From assembly GCA_016699145.1 (NCBI GenBank), contig CP064962.1, forward strand, positions 840,001-872,000: DNA of 32,000 bases, in the 5' to 3' direction. The translations under genes and the position numbers were made by a program. Each line of letters begins with the position of its first letter. Position 1 is the stretch's first letter. This stretch comes from Candidatus Saccharimonadota bacterium (GTDB lineage: Bacteria; Patescibacteriota; Gracilibacteria; UBA1369; 2-02-FULL-48-14). The notes beneath the pieces were generated by a model. It searched no databases, was not told the origin of the DNA, and worked only from the letters and a program-made list of their open reading frames with translations. Below, piece after piece: positions 22,952-31,715 of the stretch.

Positions 22952-24442
22952 TTAACCCCTCTTCCTTCGGTTCACCACACCCGCTCCAGCCAAGGCCATG
23001 AGGCCAAGCAGCAGCATTTCAGGACCGGCTTCGGGCAAGCTCACTGTGCTCATCACACCTTCGGATTCATTTCCATTTTCATCCACCGCCGTCACCTTGA
23101 AGGTGTAGCTTTCACCGGGGGTCAAATCGTCCACTTCATATTCAGTTTCATCTGCATCAATGCTGATCGCGTCGTCGAAAGTCTCCCCTCCATCCATGCT
23201 TTGGTAAAGAAAGTACTTGGCCAAATCCCCCGCACTGTCCACACTGGCATCCCAAGTGAGAAGCACCGTGTCTTCAGCCGTGATTTTAGAGAGCAAGTCC
23301 GTGATGTCTTCAGGAGCAATCACATCTTCAAGATCGAGAGTTTGTGCGGTAAAGTCCACCGTGCGAGCCTCTTCAGGCAAGGCATCTCCCGCTTCATTGA
23401 GCAAGGTTTCATCTAGAGTCAGCACGTAGTCGTAACCCGGCTCCATGTCTTCGGTGACCAGGGTCACTTCTGTAAGATCGTCTTCATTCACGCTCAGGGC
23501 CAACACCTCCAATTCTTCGGAGGCATCTTCGGCCATTTGAATGGTAAAGGCACTGACTTCAGGAGCAGTCACTTTTTGACTGAAGTGCAAAACCACTTCA
23601 TTGCTGCCACTGGCTTCAATTTCTTCCACCTCAAAATCTTCATCCACGTCGGCTTCAGTGGAACTGGCATTGGCAGTGCCGTCGGGTTCGTCATTTTCTA
23701 CACGTTCTAAAGCGCTGCCGGTGAATAAACCGGTGTCAGAAGTTCCGCTGCTCACAGGGTTGCCGGCCAAATCTTCCACCTGAATTCCAGCCGTGAGCGT
23801 GTACTCGGCTCCGGCAATTTGCGTGTCCGTGACCAAGAACACCGTGCTGGGATCTTCTTCAGAAACATACGCGTCAAGCACATCTACAAAAGCGCCATCG
23901 CTGGCTTCCAAAGAGAAGGCGCTGGTGGGGTCTAAAGGCAAAGAAACCGCTTCCGAAAATTCCACTTGCACCAAAGCGTTGGCCACCGCTTCTGCATCCG
24001 TAACCATGGGCCCGGTAAAGTCGCCCACATCTGATTCGGCAGGAGTCACCTCCACTTCATTTGAATACACTTCCGATTCGTTTCCATCTTCATCATAGGC
24101 TTTGACCGCAAAATAGTAGGTCATTTCATTGGTGAGATTTTCCATCACATAAGTGGTGGTGTCCCCCACATCGGTGCTGCCTAAATTATAAGAACCGCGC
24201 TCTTCATAAGAGTCGAGTCCGGTATAAAGGGTATAGCCATCCACTCCTCCATCATCTGTGGCGGCATCCCAGCTGAGGGTCACTTGTCCATCGCCCGGAT
24301 AAGCTTGCAGATTTTCCACTTCACTTGGAGCAGAATCCGCGGAGTCAGTGAGCACTTCAGCTTGAGCCAAAGGTGCACAAAGCAGACTGAGCAGGGCTAA
24401 GCTGCCTAGAGTTCGCGCAAGATTGCGAGAAAGATTTGCCAT
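22952..24442 (-). CDS. secreted FN3-domain protein with PEP-CTERM-like C-terminal sorting signal
   Basis: 496 aa. Signal peptide ...LCAPLAQA|EV. FN3-like modules at both ends (VTLSWDAATDDGGVDGYTLY...YYFAVKAYDEDGNES; VLLTWDASVDS...YTFKVTAVDENGNES). C-terminus LPEAGPEMLLLGLMALAGAGVVNRRKRG. Confidence 0.7.
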   Translation of the reverse strand: MANLSRNLARTLGSLALLSLLCAPLAQAEVLTDSADSAPSEVENLQAYPGDGQVTLSWDAATDDGGVDGYTLYTGLDSYEERGSYNLGSTDVGDTTTYVMENLTNEMTYYFAVKAYDEDGNESEVYSNEVEVTPAESDVGDFTGPMVTDAEAVANALVQVEFSEAVSLPLDPTSAFSLEASDGAFVDVLDAYVSEEDPSTVFLVTDTQIAGAEYTLTAGIQVEDLAGNPVSSGTSDTGLFTGSALERVENDEPDGTANASSTEADVDEDFEVEEIEASGSNEVVLHFSQKVTAPEVSAFTIQMAEDASEELEVLALSVNEDDLTEVTLVTEDMEPGYDYVLTLDETLLNEAGDALPEEARTVDFTAQTLDLEDVIAPEDITDLLSKITAEDTVLLTWDASVDSAGDLAKYFLYQSMDGGETFDDAISIDADETEYEVDDLTPGESYTFKVTAVDENGNESEGVMSTVSLPEAGPEMLLLGLMALAGAGVVNRRKRG

Positions 24443-24475
24443 ACGAGATGAGTTATTTTTGTTTTAAATCTAAGT

Positions 24476-24504
24476 ATTATAGCAAAAATTCCATGCAAAA
24501 TCAA
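24476..24504 (-). promoter_or_regulatory. candidate sigma70-type promoter of the FN3 gene
   Basis: Minus strand: TTGATT (24499-24504), 17-nt spacer, TATAAT (24476-24481); 33 nt upstream of the ATG at 24442. Confidence 0.5.
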
Positions 24505-24509
24505 ATGGA

Positions 24510-25444
24510 TGTAATGGTTCAATAGCTTTGCATCACCCCTGTGCAAAGATATGGACATGGCATACACACAAAATCCCCATCTGCCTCGGGTGCGAATGGA
24601 GGCAGCAAAGTTAGTTCTGGAAAAAGGCTGGAGCACACGCGAAGTGGCCAGACACACAGGTTTTAACCAAAGCAGCATTGTGCGGTGGGTGGAAAAGCTC
24701 AGAGGCAATAACTATGGCCACACCATTCCCACAGAAAGCTCACGTCCCCATTCGCACCCCAGTGAGCTTTCTGCAGAGACAGTGCAGAAAGTCATAGAGT
24801 ACAGACTCAAGTACCAGCGGTGTGCAGAAGTGATTCACTATTTTCTGGAAAGAGATGGCTACGAAGTGAGTCTTTCCAGTGTGAAGAGAACACTCAAAAG
24901 GAACGAGATGACCAAATACAGCAAGTGGAAGAAGTGGCACCAGTATGAGGAAAGACCGCGGCCTGAAAAACCAGGCATATTGGTGCAAATAGACACGATT
25001 GTGGATGGGCCTTATTATGACAGACTTTATGTATACACTATGCTGGACGTGTGCAGCAGATGGGCCTCTGCTATGCCGGTGATGAAGATTGGAACCCACG
25101 CAAGTTGGGAGTTTATTCAGCACTCACAAGAAGACATGCCCTTTGAACTTAAAATGATCCAGACAGACCATGGAAGTGAGTTTTCCAAGTGGCTCACTAA
25201 AACGCTTGTAGCTAATGAAATTCAGCACAGGCATTCAAGAGTACGAACACCCACAGACAATGCCTATGTGGAGAGATTCAACAGAACCATCCAGGAGGAA
25301 TGCCTCTCCCGAGTCCCAAAGACTTTAGAGGCTTACAAAAAAGCAATCCCTGACTTCCTTCACTATTACAATTTTGAACGTCCTCACATGGGTCTTCACA
25401 TGCTAACTCCTAACGAAGTGATGCAAAGCTATTGATTACAAAAC
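24510..25444 (+). mobile_element. IS481-family-like insertion sequence, copy 3 (935 bp)
   Basis: Same termini and length as copy 1. 6-bp direct repeat AATGGA at 24504-24509 and 25445-25450. Confidence 0.9.
24551..25435 (+). CDS. IS481-like (rve/integrase-core DDE) transposase
   Basis: 294 aa, identical to 3178-4062. Confidence 0.9.
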   Translation: MDMAYTQNPHLPRVRMEAAKLVLEKGWSTREVARHTGFNQSSIVRWVEKLRGNNYGHTIPTESSRPHSHPSELSAETVQKVIEYRLKYQRCAEVIHYFLERDGYEVSLSSVKRTLKRNEMTKYSKWKKWHQYEERPRPEKPGILVQIDTIVDGPYYDRLYVYTMLDVCSRWASAMPVMKIGTHASWEFIQHSQEDMPFELKMIQTDHGSEFSKWLTKTLVANEIQHRHSRVRTPTDNAYVERFNRTIQEECLSRVPKTLEAYKKAIPDFLHYYNFERPHMGLHMLTPNEVMQSY

Positions 25445-25445
25445 A

Positions 25446-25467
25446 ATGGAGGCCCGTGAGCCCCCAT
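25446..25467 (-). terminator. terminator hairpin of the 25516 gene (original T tract displaced by IS copy 3)
   Basis: Minus strand: ATGGGGGC-tcacgg-GCCTCCAT (one mismatch). It is now followed by the IS-end sequence TGTTTTGT. In the reconstructed empty site it was followed by TTGATTTTG. Confidence 0.5.
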
Positions 25468-25515
25468 TGAAGTTTTACTTACCGTTAATCTGAATTCTAA
25501 AATCTATTGTTCGGA

Positions 25516-27363
25516 TTATTCATGCCTTTCTTCCCGTCGTTCGCCTTGACGAACTTCTCGAGATAAATTCAAATCCTTCGCCACTTCCCCACGTGCAATG
25601 GTCCAAGCCATGTCCGTTACTGCACTAGGATTATTAACAAGATTGGGCACTCCCATCCCTGAATACGCATCCAAATAAATTCGTGCATAGGGATCAGCAG
25701 GATGCCCACCATCGCCTTGCTTTTGACCACGCTCAGCACATCCATCCATGGTACAGGTCCCATCTGAGTCAAGAAGTTCACGAGTCTTATCACAAAGCTC
25801 ACGCATCATAGGGGCAGCAACTCCTCCCAAATCAGAGAAGTGATCTGCAGGGCACACTTGACCCGCAGTACTGGCATCTCCTTCTTTCCACTCTGGGTAA
25901 AGGCGTTCCCCTCGTGCAGCTGCATAAATCATGCTCCGTGAAGCATAGTCGTAACAGGTATCCACAGGGCCATCACACTTCTCTGCAAGGGAGGCCCAAA
26001 CTTTTTCAGCAGGCATAGAGTACAAATCCACTGAATTTCTCAAATCTTCGGTCACTTTATCATTAGCTTTACCACCTTTACTCCAATACAAGGTTTCAGG
26101 GACAAACGCCATATTTGTAGAGGCAATACGGCTCGCTTCCTCAAGTTCATCCGTGAACGAAAGATCATTTGACTTATGAACCGCTAAACCTCCCGCAAAA
26201 GCAGCATTAAATTGAGTCAACCAGGCCTGGGTATGCGCCTCAAAAACAGGATCTGTAATTCCTTCAAAGGGATTTTGAACAGTGAATTCAATAGAATCTA
26301 CAGCAGGGCATTCCGGCTGAGCCGATACCTCCGCCACAAACATGTCTCCATCTGCCTCATTACTGGTGGCCACGTCATTGGTTCCATAGAGTGCTGTTTC
26401 TTGTGTCACAGCAGCTCCAGCCATAGGATTCCCGACCTTAGCCATATCCTCTAAACATTTCTTCATTTCTTCTACTTGCTGAAGTGTCTCAAGAAGGCGA
26501 TCCCCATAAGCACTAATAGCCCGAGACTGTGCGAGTTGTTCACCCGCTGGAGTTGAAGAACGGGCCAACTCTTCTAGTTTGACTTTATTTTCATCTAGTT
26601 CTTTTCCTAACGCCACGCTCACTTCTTGCAAGCCTTCCAGTGCTTCTTCTCGATCCGTACCATAATCAAGATACCCAGCATAAATATAATTGGCTTGTTC
26701 CAACAAATCGAGTCGTCGCTTCTCAACTTCAGCACCTCGGGCAGTTTCCAAATTACGGGCAACATCTTCCATGAACCCAGCAAGTTCATTTAAACGTAGA
26801 TCCGTTAACTGCTGTTGTTCAACGGCATCATTATAAGCAATGCCCTCTGGAGAATCGGGTGCGGTCCCAGCAGCAACTGAGTGTTTGCTTTGTACGCCAC
26901 TCCAGTAGAGGTGAACGCTTTCAAGCGTTTCACGTCGTTCTTCTAGCATGCGCAGCAAAGCTTCATAACGGAGCACTTCCAACTCAGGGTTTTTGACACG
27001 CTTTACTTCCTGCTTCAAACCCGCCAATAGGCCATTGCTGGCGATGAGGCTCCCATCCACTACAGGGGGAGTGTGAGTGACCAAAAGCTCCTGCATAGCT
27101 TCTGTGTGCAATCTTTCTATATTTTCGAGGAAGCTGATAAAATCTTGTCTATAAAGCTCATTCAAAATCTCCTGAGTACGAGGAGCGGCCTTAAAGTCAA
27201 CATTCATAAGTTCATTAGCCAAATTTTCACTATTCTCTTCAGCAAGATTATTCCGAAGGGAACCCAATCCTTGGGTTTCCCTTGCATGGGCCGCGTGAGT
27301 CACAGAGTCGCTAACACCACCAATAGCCAGCCCTGCAGCAAGTAAGTAAGTTCTGATTGACAT
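25516..27363 (-). CDS. large hypothetical secreted protein
   Basis: 615 aa. Signal peptide MSIRTYLLAAGLAIGGVSDSVTHAAHA. Helical/coiled-coil N-terminal half, Cys-containing C-terminal half. No motif recognised. Confidence 0.65.
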   Translation of the reverse strand: MSIRTYLLAAGLAIGGVSDSVTHAAHARETQGLGSLRNNLAEENSENLANELMNVDFKAAPRTQEILNELYRQDFISFLENIERLHTEAMQELLVTHTPPVVDGSLIASNGLLAGLKQEVKRVKNPELEVLRYEALLRMLEERRETLESVHLYWSGVQSKHSVAAGTAPDSPEGIAYNDAVEQQQLTDLRLNELAGFMEDVARNLETARGAEVEKRRLDLLEQANYIYAGYLDYGTDREEALEGLQEVSVALGKELDENKVKLEELARSSTPAGEQLAQSRAISAYGDRLLETLQQVEEMKKCLEDMAKVGNPMAGAAVTQETALYGTNDVATSNEADGDMFVAEVSAQPECPAVDSIEFTVQNPFEGITDPVFEAHTQAWLTQFNAAFAGGLAVHKSNDLSFTDELEEASRIASTNMAFVPETLYWSKGGKANDKVTEDLRNSVDLYSMPAEKVWASLAEKCDGPVDTCYDYASRSMIYAAARGERLYPEWKEGDASTAGQVCPADHFSDLGGVAAPMMRELCDKTRELLDSDGTCTMDGCAERGQKQGDGGHPADPYARIYLDAYSGMGVPNLVNNPSAVTDMAWTIARGEVAKDLNLSREVRQGERREERHE

Positions 27364-27426
27364 AAAAATTTGAAATTAAAAAAGACTGCATTCTGACACA
27401 TCTTAGCGATTGAGTCAATAGCAAGG

Positions 27427-27580
27427 GGCTTGAATAAGCCAATTTCCTGTTTTTTACAGGTTGGAAATTCCTCCCCGGGGAGGATTCCCCAGATTAAGTT
27501 TTACAAAATCAAACGAATGTTGTTTCCTGACTTCTGAAGTGCAACTGAGGTTTTAAGATTCACGTCAAGCCTCAATTCCC
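27427..27580 (+). repeat. ~150-bp hairpin-bearing dispersed repeat, copy Y
   Basis: Aligns to the reverse complement of 18988-19139. Contains TCCTCCCC|GGGGAGGA and CCTGT-ttttt-ACAGG hairpins. Ends at the stop codon of the 27581 gene. Confidence 0.7.
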
Positions 27581-28228
27581 TCAACGGCCATCCCCAGCTG
27601 GTCTGGGAGGGGCAGGCATAAATTGAATGGGAGGGGTATTATCCTCCTCTTCAACCGGCAACTCTGGAGCAGGAGCAGGAGCCACAGGAGGAGTCACCGA
27701 AACCTCTGGAGGGGCCACGGGCACCTCTGCAGCTGGAACTTCTGAAGCGGGAGCTGCAGCCGGAGCCACAGGGATGACGGGTCCATCCCATGGGAAAATA
27801 TTGACCTCAAAAGAATGGCCACCTTCTCGTAGGACGGTTAAAACTCCATCTTTTACACTGAGTGAATCGCCAGAAATAATCAAATTAATATTTTCAGCCG
27901 GCTGTTTAAGACGAGCTTCACGCGACATATTCACATACGCAGCTTTAAGCAGTGCGCCGGTAGCAAACGCATGAGGCATCTTTTCTTTCAAAACAGTTAA
28001 GATTCCCCCTGAATCCTTGGCGGTGACAGGATAAGAATCCATTTGCATGGACGTACGTTCAGGGTACTTGATTGTTTGCTTTAAAGCATCCAACTCCTTC
28101 GCAAACTTTTCTGTTTGTTCTCTGGCATGTTGAGTCTCAGCTCCTCCTACTGCCTCAATATAATCTCCAGCTTTAAAAAGTCGATGAGGCTCATTGGAAG
28201 CCAGAAGACATGTGCGAAGCGAAAGCAT
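27581..28228 (-). CDS. hypothetical protein with Pro/Ala/Val-rich C-terminal tail
   Basis: 215-aa ORF, 12 nt downstream of the 28241 gene. Tail PVIPVAPAAAPASEVPAAEVPVAPPEVSVTPPVAPAPAPELP. Confidence 0.55.
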   Translation of the reverse strand: MLSLRTCLLASNEPHRLFKAGDYIEAVGGAETQHAREQTEKFAKELDALKQTIKYPERTSMQMDSYPVTAKDSGGILTVLKEKMPHAFATGALLKAAYVNMSREARLKQPAENINLIISGDSLSVKDGVLTVLREGGHSFEVNIFPWDGPVIPVAPAAAPASEVPAAEVPVAPPEVSVTPPVAPAPAPELPVEEEDNTPPIQFMPAPPRPAGDGR

Positions 28229-28240
28229 TGATGAGTTGGA

Positions 28241-28906
28241 TTAAATCTCCTCATTATACCCCAAGTCACGCACAAGCTCAACTCCCAAGATCCGCCCCGC
28301 CTCCACATCCATCCATGGCCCAGTTTCGTGTCCGGCCACAAATTCCCAGTCCAACCCCTCGGGCAGCAGTGTCGGAAAGCTCAGCCCCAGTGAAGTTTTT
28401 TCCGCCCCTGCTATCTTATAAATAGGAGCCACTAGAGCGAATTGCGCCTCCCCCTCACCCCAATAACCGGCCGCCGGAGTCGAATGCACTCGCAGTCTCA
28501 AAAACCCGTCTTTAAACACCTCGGCATAACCCACTTGTTCACCATAATTCACGCGTCCATCCGCCACAGTGTACAGCTTCCAATCCCCCCATTTGTTTGG
28601 CAAAACAAGCCCTTCACTTTCCACAAAAATCGTAAGATAGCGCAAGGTGTAAGGCCCCTCCGAATCCAAGTCAAAAAACAAAACTTCCGACTGAGAACTC
28701 ATTTGAATGGACCCCCTTTTTTCGGGCAAGATCACTCTCAACTCAGGATCCATAGGCAGCACGCCCAGCTCCTCCCCAATCGCCAAACTGTTCACTTGCT
28801 GGGCTTTCGGGACCAGCGGCCCCGTCACCACCGTCAAAACCACCAGCAGAACGGCGAGCAGCAAATGTTTGAGCGTGGAAGAGTTCATACTTTCCATCGT
28901 ACTCAT
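28241..28906 (-). CDS. hypothetical exported/membrane-anchored protein
   Basis: The ORF is open to TTG 28954. First ATG at 28906, further ATGs at 28897 and 28888, just before the hydrophobic segment LLLAVLLVVLTVVTGPLV. Start uncertain. Confidence 0.55.
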   Translation of the reverse strand: MSTMESMNSSTLKHLLLAVLLVVLTVVTGPLVPKAQQVNSLAIGEELGVLPMDPELRVILPEKRGSIQMSSQSEVLFFDLDSEGPYTLRYLTIFVESEGLVLPNKWGDWKLYTVADGRVNYGEQVGYAEVFKDGFLRLRVHSTPAAGYWGEGEAQFALVAPIYKIAGAEKTSLGLSFPTLLPEGLDWEFVAGHETGPWMDVEAGRILGVELVRDLGYNEEI

Positions 28907-28971
28907 CCTGTTGTAGGCGGCAAGAAAATGCACTTGCAAAACTTTCGCAAACAATCTGCCTTCATGCTACG

Positions 28972-31212
28972 ATGGGCTCCCTCCTTCCCCAGCACATGTC
29001 ACTTTTAGACGGACTCAACGAAAAGCAGCAGGAAGCCGTGCAGGCGACCGAAGGCCCGGTGCTCATCATCGCTGGAGCCGGTTCGGGCAAAACCCGTGCG
29101 CTCACAGCCCGCGTGGCCTACCTGATCGAAGAAAAAAACGTGCGTCCCTGGAACATCTTGGCCGTGACTTTCACCAACAAAGCAGCCGGAGAAATGAAGG
29201 AAAGAATCACAAAACTCCTCGCTCGCCCCGACTTCGAAACCGAGATGCCCACCGTGGGCACCTTTCACTCGATTTGCGCCCAACTTTTGCGTCGTCACAT
29301 CCACCTTTTGGGCTACGAAAATCAATTCGTCATCTACGACGCGAACGATCAAGTCGTGCTGATGAAGGAAATAATGAAAGAGCGCCACATCGACGAAAAA
29401 CAGCTCAACCCCAAAGCCGTGCTCGGGCACATTTCTCAGGCTAAAAATCAACTCATGGGCCCCGAAGATTACGCCCAGCACGCGCACAATATGTTCACCG
29501 AAAAAGTCGGCGAACTCTACAAGCCCTACCAACGTCGCCTTGCCCAAAACCAAGCCCTGGATTTTGATGACCTCATTTTAAAAACCGTCGAACTTTTTGA
29601 AAAATTCCCCGAGCTTCTCGACCAATACCAAGAGCGCTACCTTTACATTTCCGTGGACGAATACCAAGACACCAACCACGCCCAATACACCCTGGTGAAA
29701 ATGCTCGCGGCCAAGTACCGCAACCTCTGTGTGATCGGCGATCCCGATCAGTCCATTTATTCCTGGCGCGGAGCAAACATGCAAAACATCCTCGATTTTG
29801 AAAAGGATTACCCCGAAGCCCTGGTCATTAAACTGGAGCAAAATTATCGCTCGACCGCACTCATTTTAGATGCGGCCCATGCGGTGATTCAGCGCAATCA
29901 AAAGCGCAAAGAAAAAAAATTATGGACCCATCGTGAAGGCGGTGAAAAGCTCAAAGTCTGGCACTCCCGCGACGAACGCGACGAGGCCTACAAGGTGGCC
30001 GAAGCCATCTTGAAACACGTCCGCCTCGCCCAAGCGACCGGCGAAAAACTCACCCCCGACTACCGTGAATTCGCGGTGCTCTACCGCACCAACGCCCAAT
30101 CCCGCGTGCTCGAAGAAGCCTTCATGCGTTTTGGCATCCCTTACAAAATTGTAGGTGGGGTCAAATTTTACCTGCGCAAAGAGATCAAAGACCTCATCGC
30201 CTACCTGCGTGTCATTCAAAATCCAAACGACAGCGTGAGCCTGCTGCGCATCATCAACACCCCCGCTCGCAAAATCGGACCCAAAGCCATCGAACAGATT
30301 CAAAACGAAGCAACCCTCGCGGATGTGTCCTTCTTCACCGCCCTCGAAAAGCAGACCGACTCCAAGGCCATGACTGCCTTCTCGACGCTCATCCACCACT
30401 TCCGCAATTTGTCAGAAGAATTCGCCGTTGCCGGCCTCATCAAACACGTCATAGCCGAATCCGGTTACCGCGACATGCTCCTCGCCGACCAATCGCCCGA
30501 AGGTGAGGCGCGCCTCCAAAACATCCAAGAACTCATCTCCGTGGCCGACAAATACGAAGCCCTCGAACCCCGCATTTCCCTCGCTACTTTCCTCGAAGAG
30601 ATCAGTCTCGTCTCCGACCTCGACGACCTCGACGATGTGCCCAACTCCGTCACCCTCATGACCCTGCACAGCGCCAAGGGTCTGGAATACCCCGTCGTCT
30701 TCATCACGGGCCTGGAGGAAGGCATTTTCCCCCACTCACGCGCCCTCTTTGAACCCCACGAACTCGAGGAAGAGCGTCGCCTCATGTACGTGGGCATCAC
30801 CCGAGCCATGGACCATCTTTACCTTCTTTACGCCAAGCAGCGCATGCTTTTTGGTGAGTTCAAACAAAACGCACCCTCGCAGTTTTTACTCGATCTGCCC
30901 GAAGATTCGGTGGAGGGGAATACGCCCACCCCTGCCGTGCCCGGCTTTGGCGGAAAAATCTTCGGCGACCCCGATTCCAACTTCGTTCCCGAAGTTTCTT
31001 TCACCCCCGATGATCCCGAAAACCGCCCCATCCCTATGGAAGATGACGCCGGCTTCGACATTCCCCAGCTCCAAGACGGCGACCGTGTCTTTCACAAAAC
31101 CTTCGGCGAAGGCGTCGTGATCCAAGTGGCAGGCAGCATGGTAACGGTGGCCTTCAAAATGGCTGGCCTCCGAAAACTCTCGCTGAGCATTGCGCCTTTA
31201 CGAAAAATATAA
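28972..31212 (+). CDS. pcrA: ATP-dependent DNA helicase, PcrA/UvrD family
   Basis: 746 aa. LNEKQQEAV, Walker A AGAGSGKT, VDEYQDTN, QNYRS, TLHSAKGLEYPVVF, YVGITRA, C-terminal GDRVFHKTFGEGVV. An alternative ATG at 28996 is possible. Confidence 0.95.
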   Translation: MGSLLPQHMSLLDGLNEKQQEAVQATEGPVLIIAGAGSGKTRALTARVAYLIEEKNVRPWNILAVTFTNKAAGEMKERITKLLARPDFETEMPTVGTFHSICAQLLRRHIHLLGYENQFVIYDANDQVVLMKEIMKERHIDEKQLNPKAVLGHISQAKNQLMGPEDYAQHAHNMFTEKVGELYKPYQRRLAQNQALDFDDLILKTVELFEKFPELLDQYQERYLYISVDEYQDTNHAQYTLVKMLAAKYRNLCVIGDPDQSIYSWRGANMQNILDFEKDYPEALVIKLEQNYRSTALILDAAHAVIQRNQKRKEKKLWTHREGGEKLKVWHSRDERDEAYKVAEAILKHVRLAQATGEKLTPDYREFAVLYRTNAQSRVLEEAFMRFGIPYKIVGGVKFYLRKEIKDLIAYLRVIQNPNDSVSLLRIINTPARKIGPKAIEQIQNEATLADVSFFTALEKQTDSKAMTAFSTLIHHFRNLSEEFAVAGLIKHVIAESGYRDMLLADQSPEGEARLQNIQELISVADKYEALEPRISLATFLEEISLVSDLDDLDDVPNSVTLMTLHSAKGLEYPVVFITGLEEGIFPHSRALFEPHELEEERRLMYVGITRAMDHLYLLYAKQRMLFGEFKQNAPSQFLLDLPEDSVEGNTPTPAVPGFGGKIFGDPDSNFVPEVSFTPDDPENRPIPMEDDAGFDIPQLQDGDRVFHKTFGEGVVIQVAGSMVTVAFKMAGLRKLSLSIAPLRKI

Positions 31213-31268
31213 ATCTTGCAAAATAATACAAAATAGGGTTCTATTGAGATCTACCCATAATTTCAAAC

Positions 31269-31601
31269 ATGAACAGAATAGAAGGTGCTTTCGTTACCCT
31301 TGCTATCGCTGCTGCTGCTGCAGTCACTTATGAAAAGTGCAGTGAAGGCGAAGTAGAAATGGTGATAAGAACAGAAGGAGGCGATATACTCAGAACGGTA
31401 GAGGGTGGAGGGACCGCCTTTTATGAAAGAGGGCAAAATCCTTGTGTTTGGGTAATGCCAGGGCAACACGAACCTGCAGGTGAAATAATTCCTTTACCAC
31501 CCCACCTGGAAGGTGAACCCAAGTGTAAACTAATACTGGCAATTGACGAGCCTGGAGGAACAAAGACAGACGAGCAAATACTCTCGACGCCCAAATCTTG
31601 A
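31269..31601 (+). CDS. small hypothetical protein with N-terminal hydrophobic anchor
   Basis: 110-aa ORF with ATG start. AFVTLAIAAAAAV segment. No motif recognised. Confidence 0.45.
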   Translation: MNRIEGAFVTLAIAAAAAVTYEKCSEGEVEMVIRTEGGDILRTVEGGGTAFYERGQNPCVWVMPGQHEPAGEIIPLPPHLEGEPKCKLILAIDEPGGTKTDEQILSTPKS

Positions 31602-31652
31602 AAAAACTCCAATTGTTACATTGTAACAATGAGCCGCTTTTCACTTTTTCCA
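31591..31652 (+). repeat. 61-bp dispersed repeat, copy B, containing a 9-1-9 palindrome
   Basis: Matches the reverse complement of 10182-10242. Palindrome ATTGTTACA-t-TGTAACAAT at 31612-31630. Overlaps the stop of the 31269 ORF. Confidence 0.75.
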
Positions 31653-31715
31653 CCCTAAGCCCCTTTCCAATCGCAAGAAAAAATGCTAGAATAAAAGGAA
31701 ATTAAAAAACAAAAA

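Noticed and set aside
25509-25518. TGTTCGGATT, a 10-nt match to the IS30 inverted repeat, downstream of IS copy 3.
   Set aside because: Too short to tell apart from chance, with no partner repeat or transposase remnant nearby.
10182-31652. The 61-bp repeats as attL/attR of a 21-kb integrated element.
   Set aside because: The copies are inverted rather than direct. No integrase or recombinase lies next to either. The enclosed DNA includes housekeeping genes (murA, the sigma operon, pcrA).
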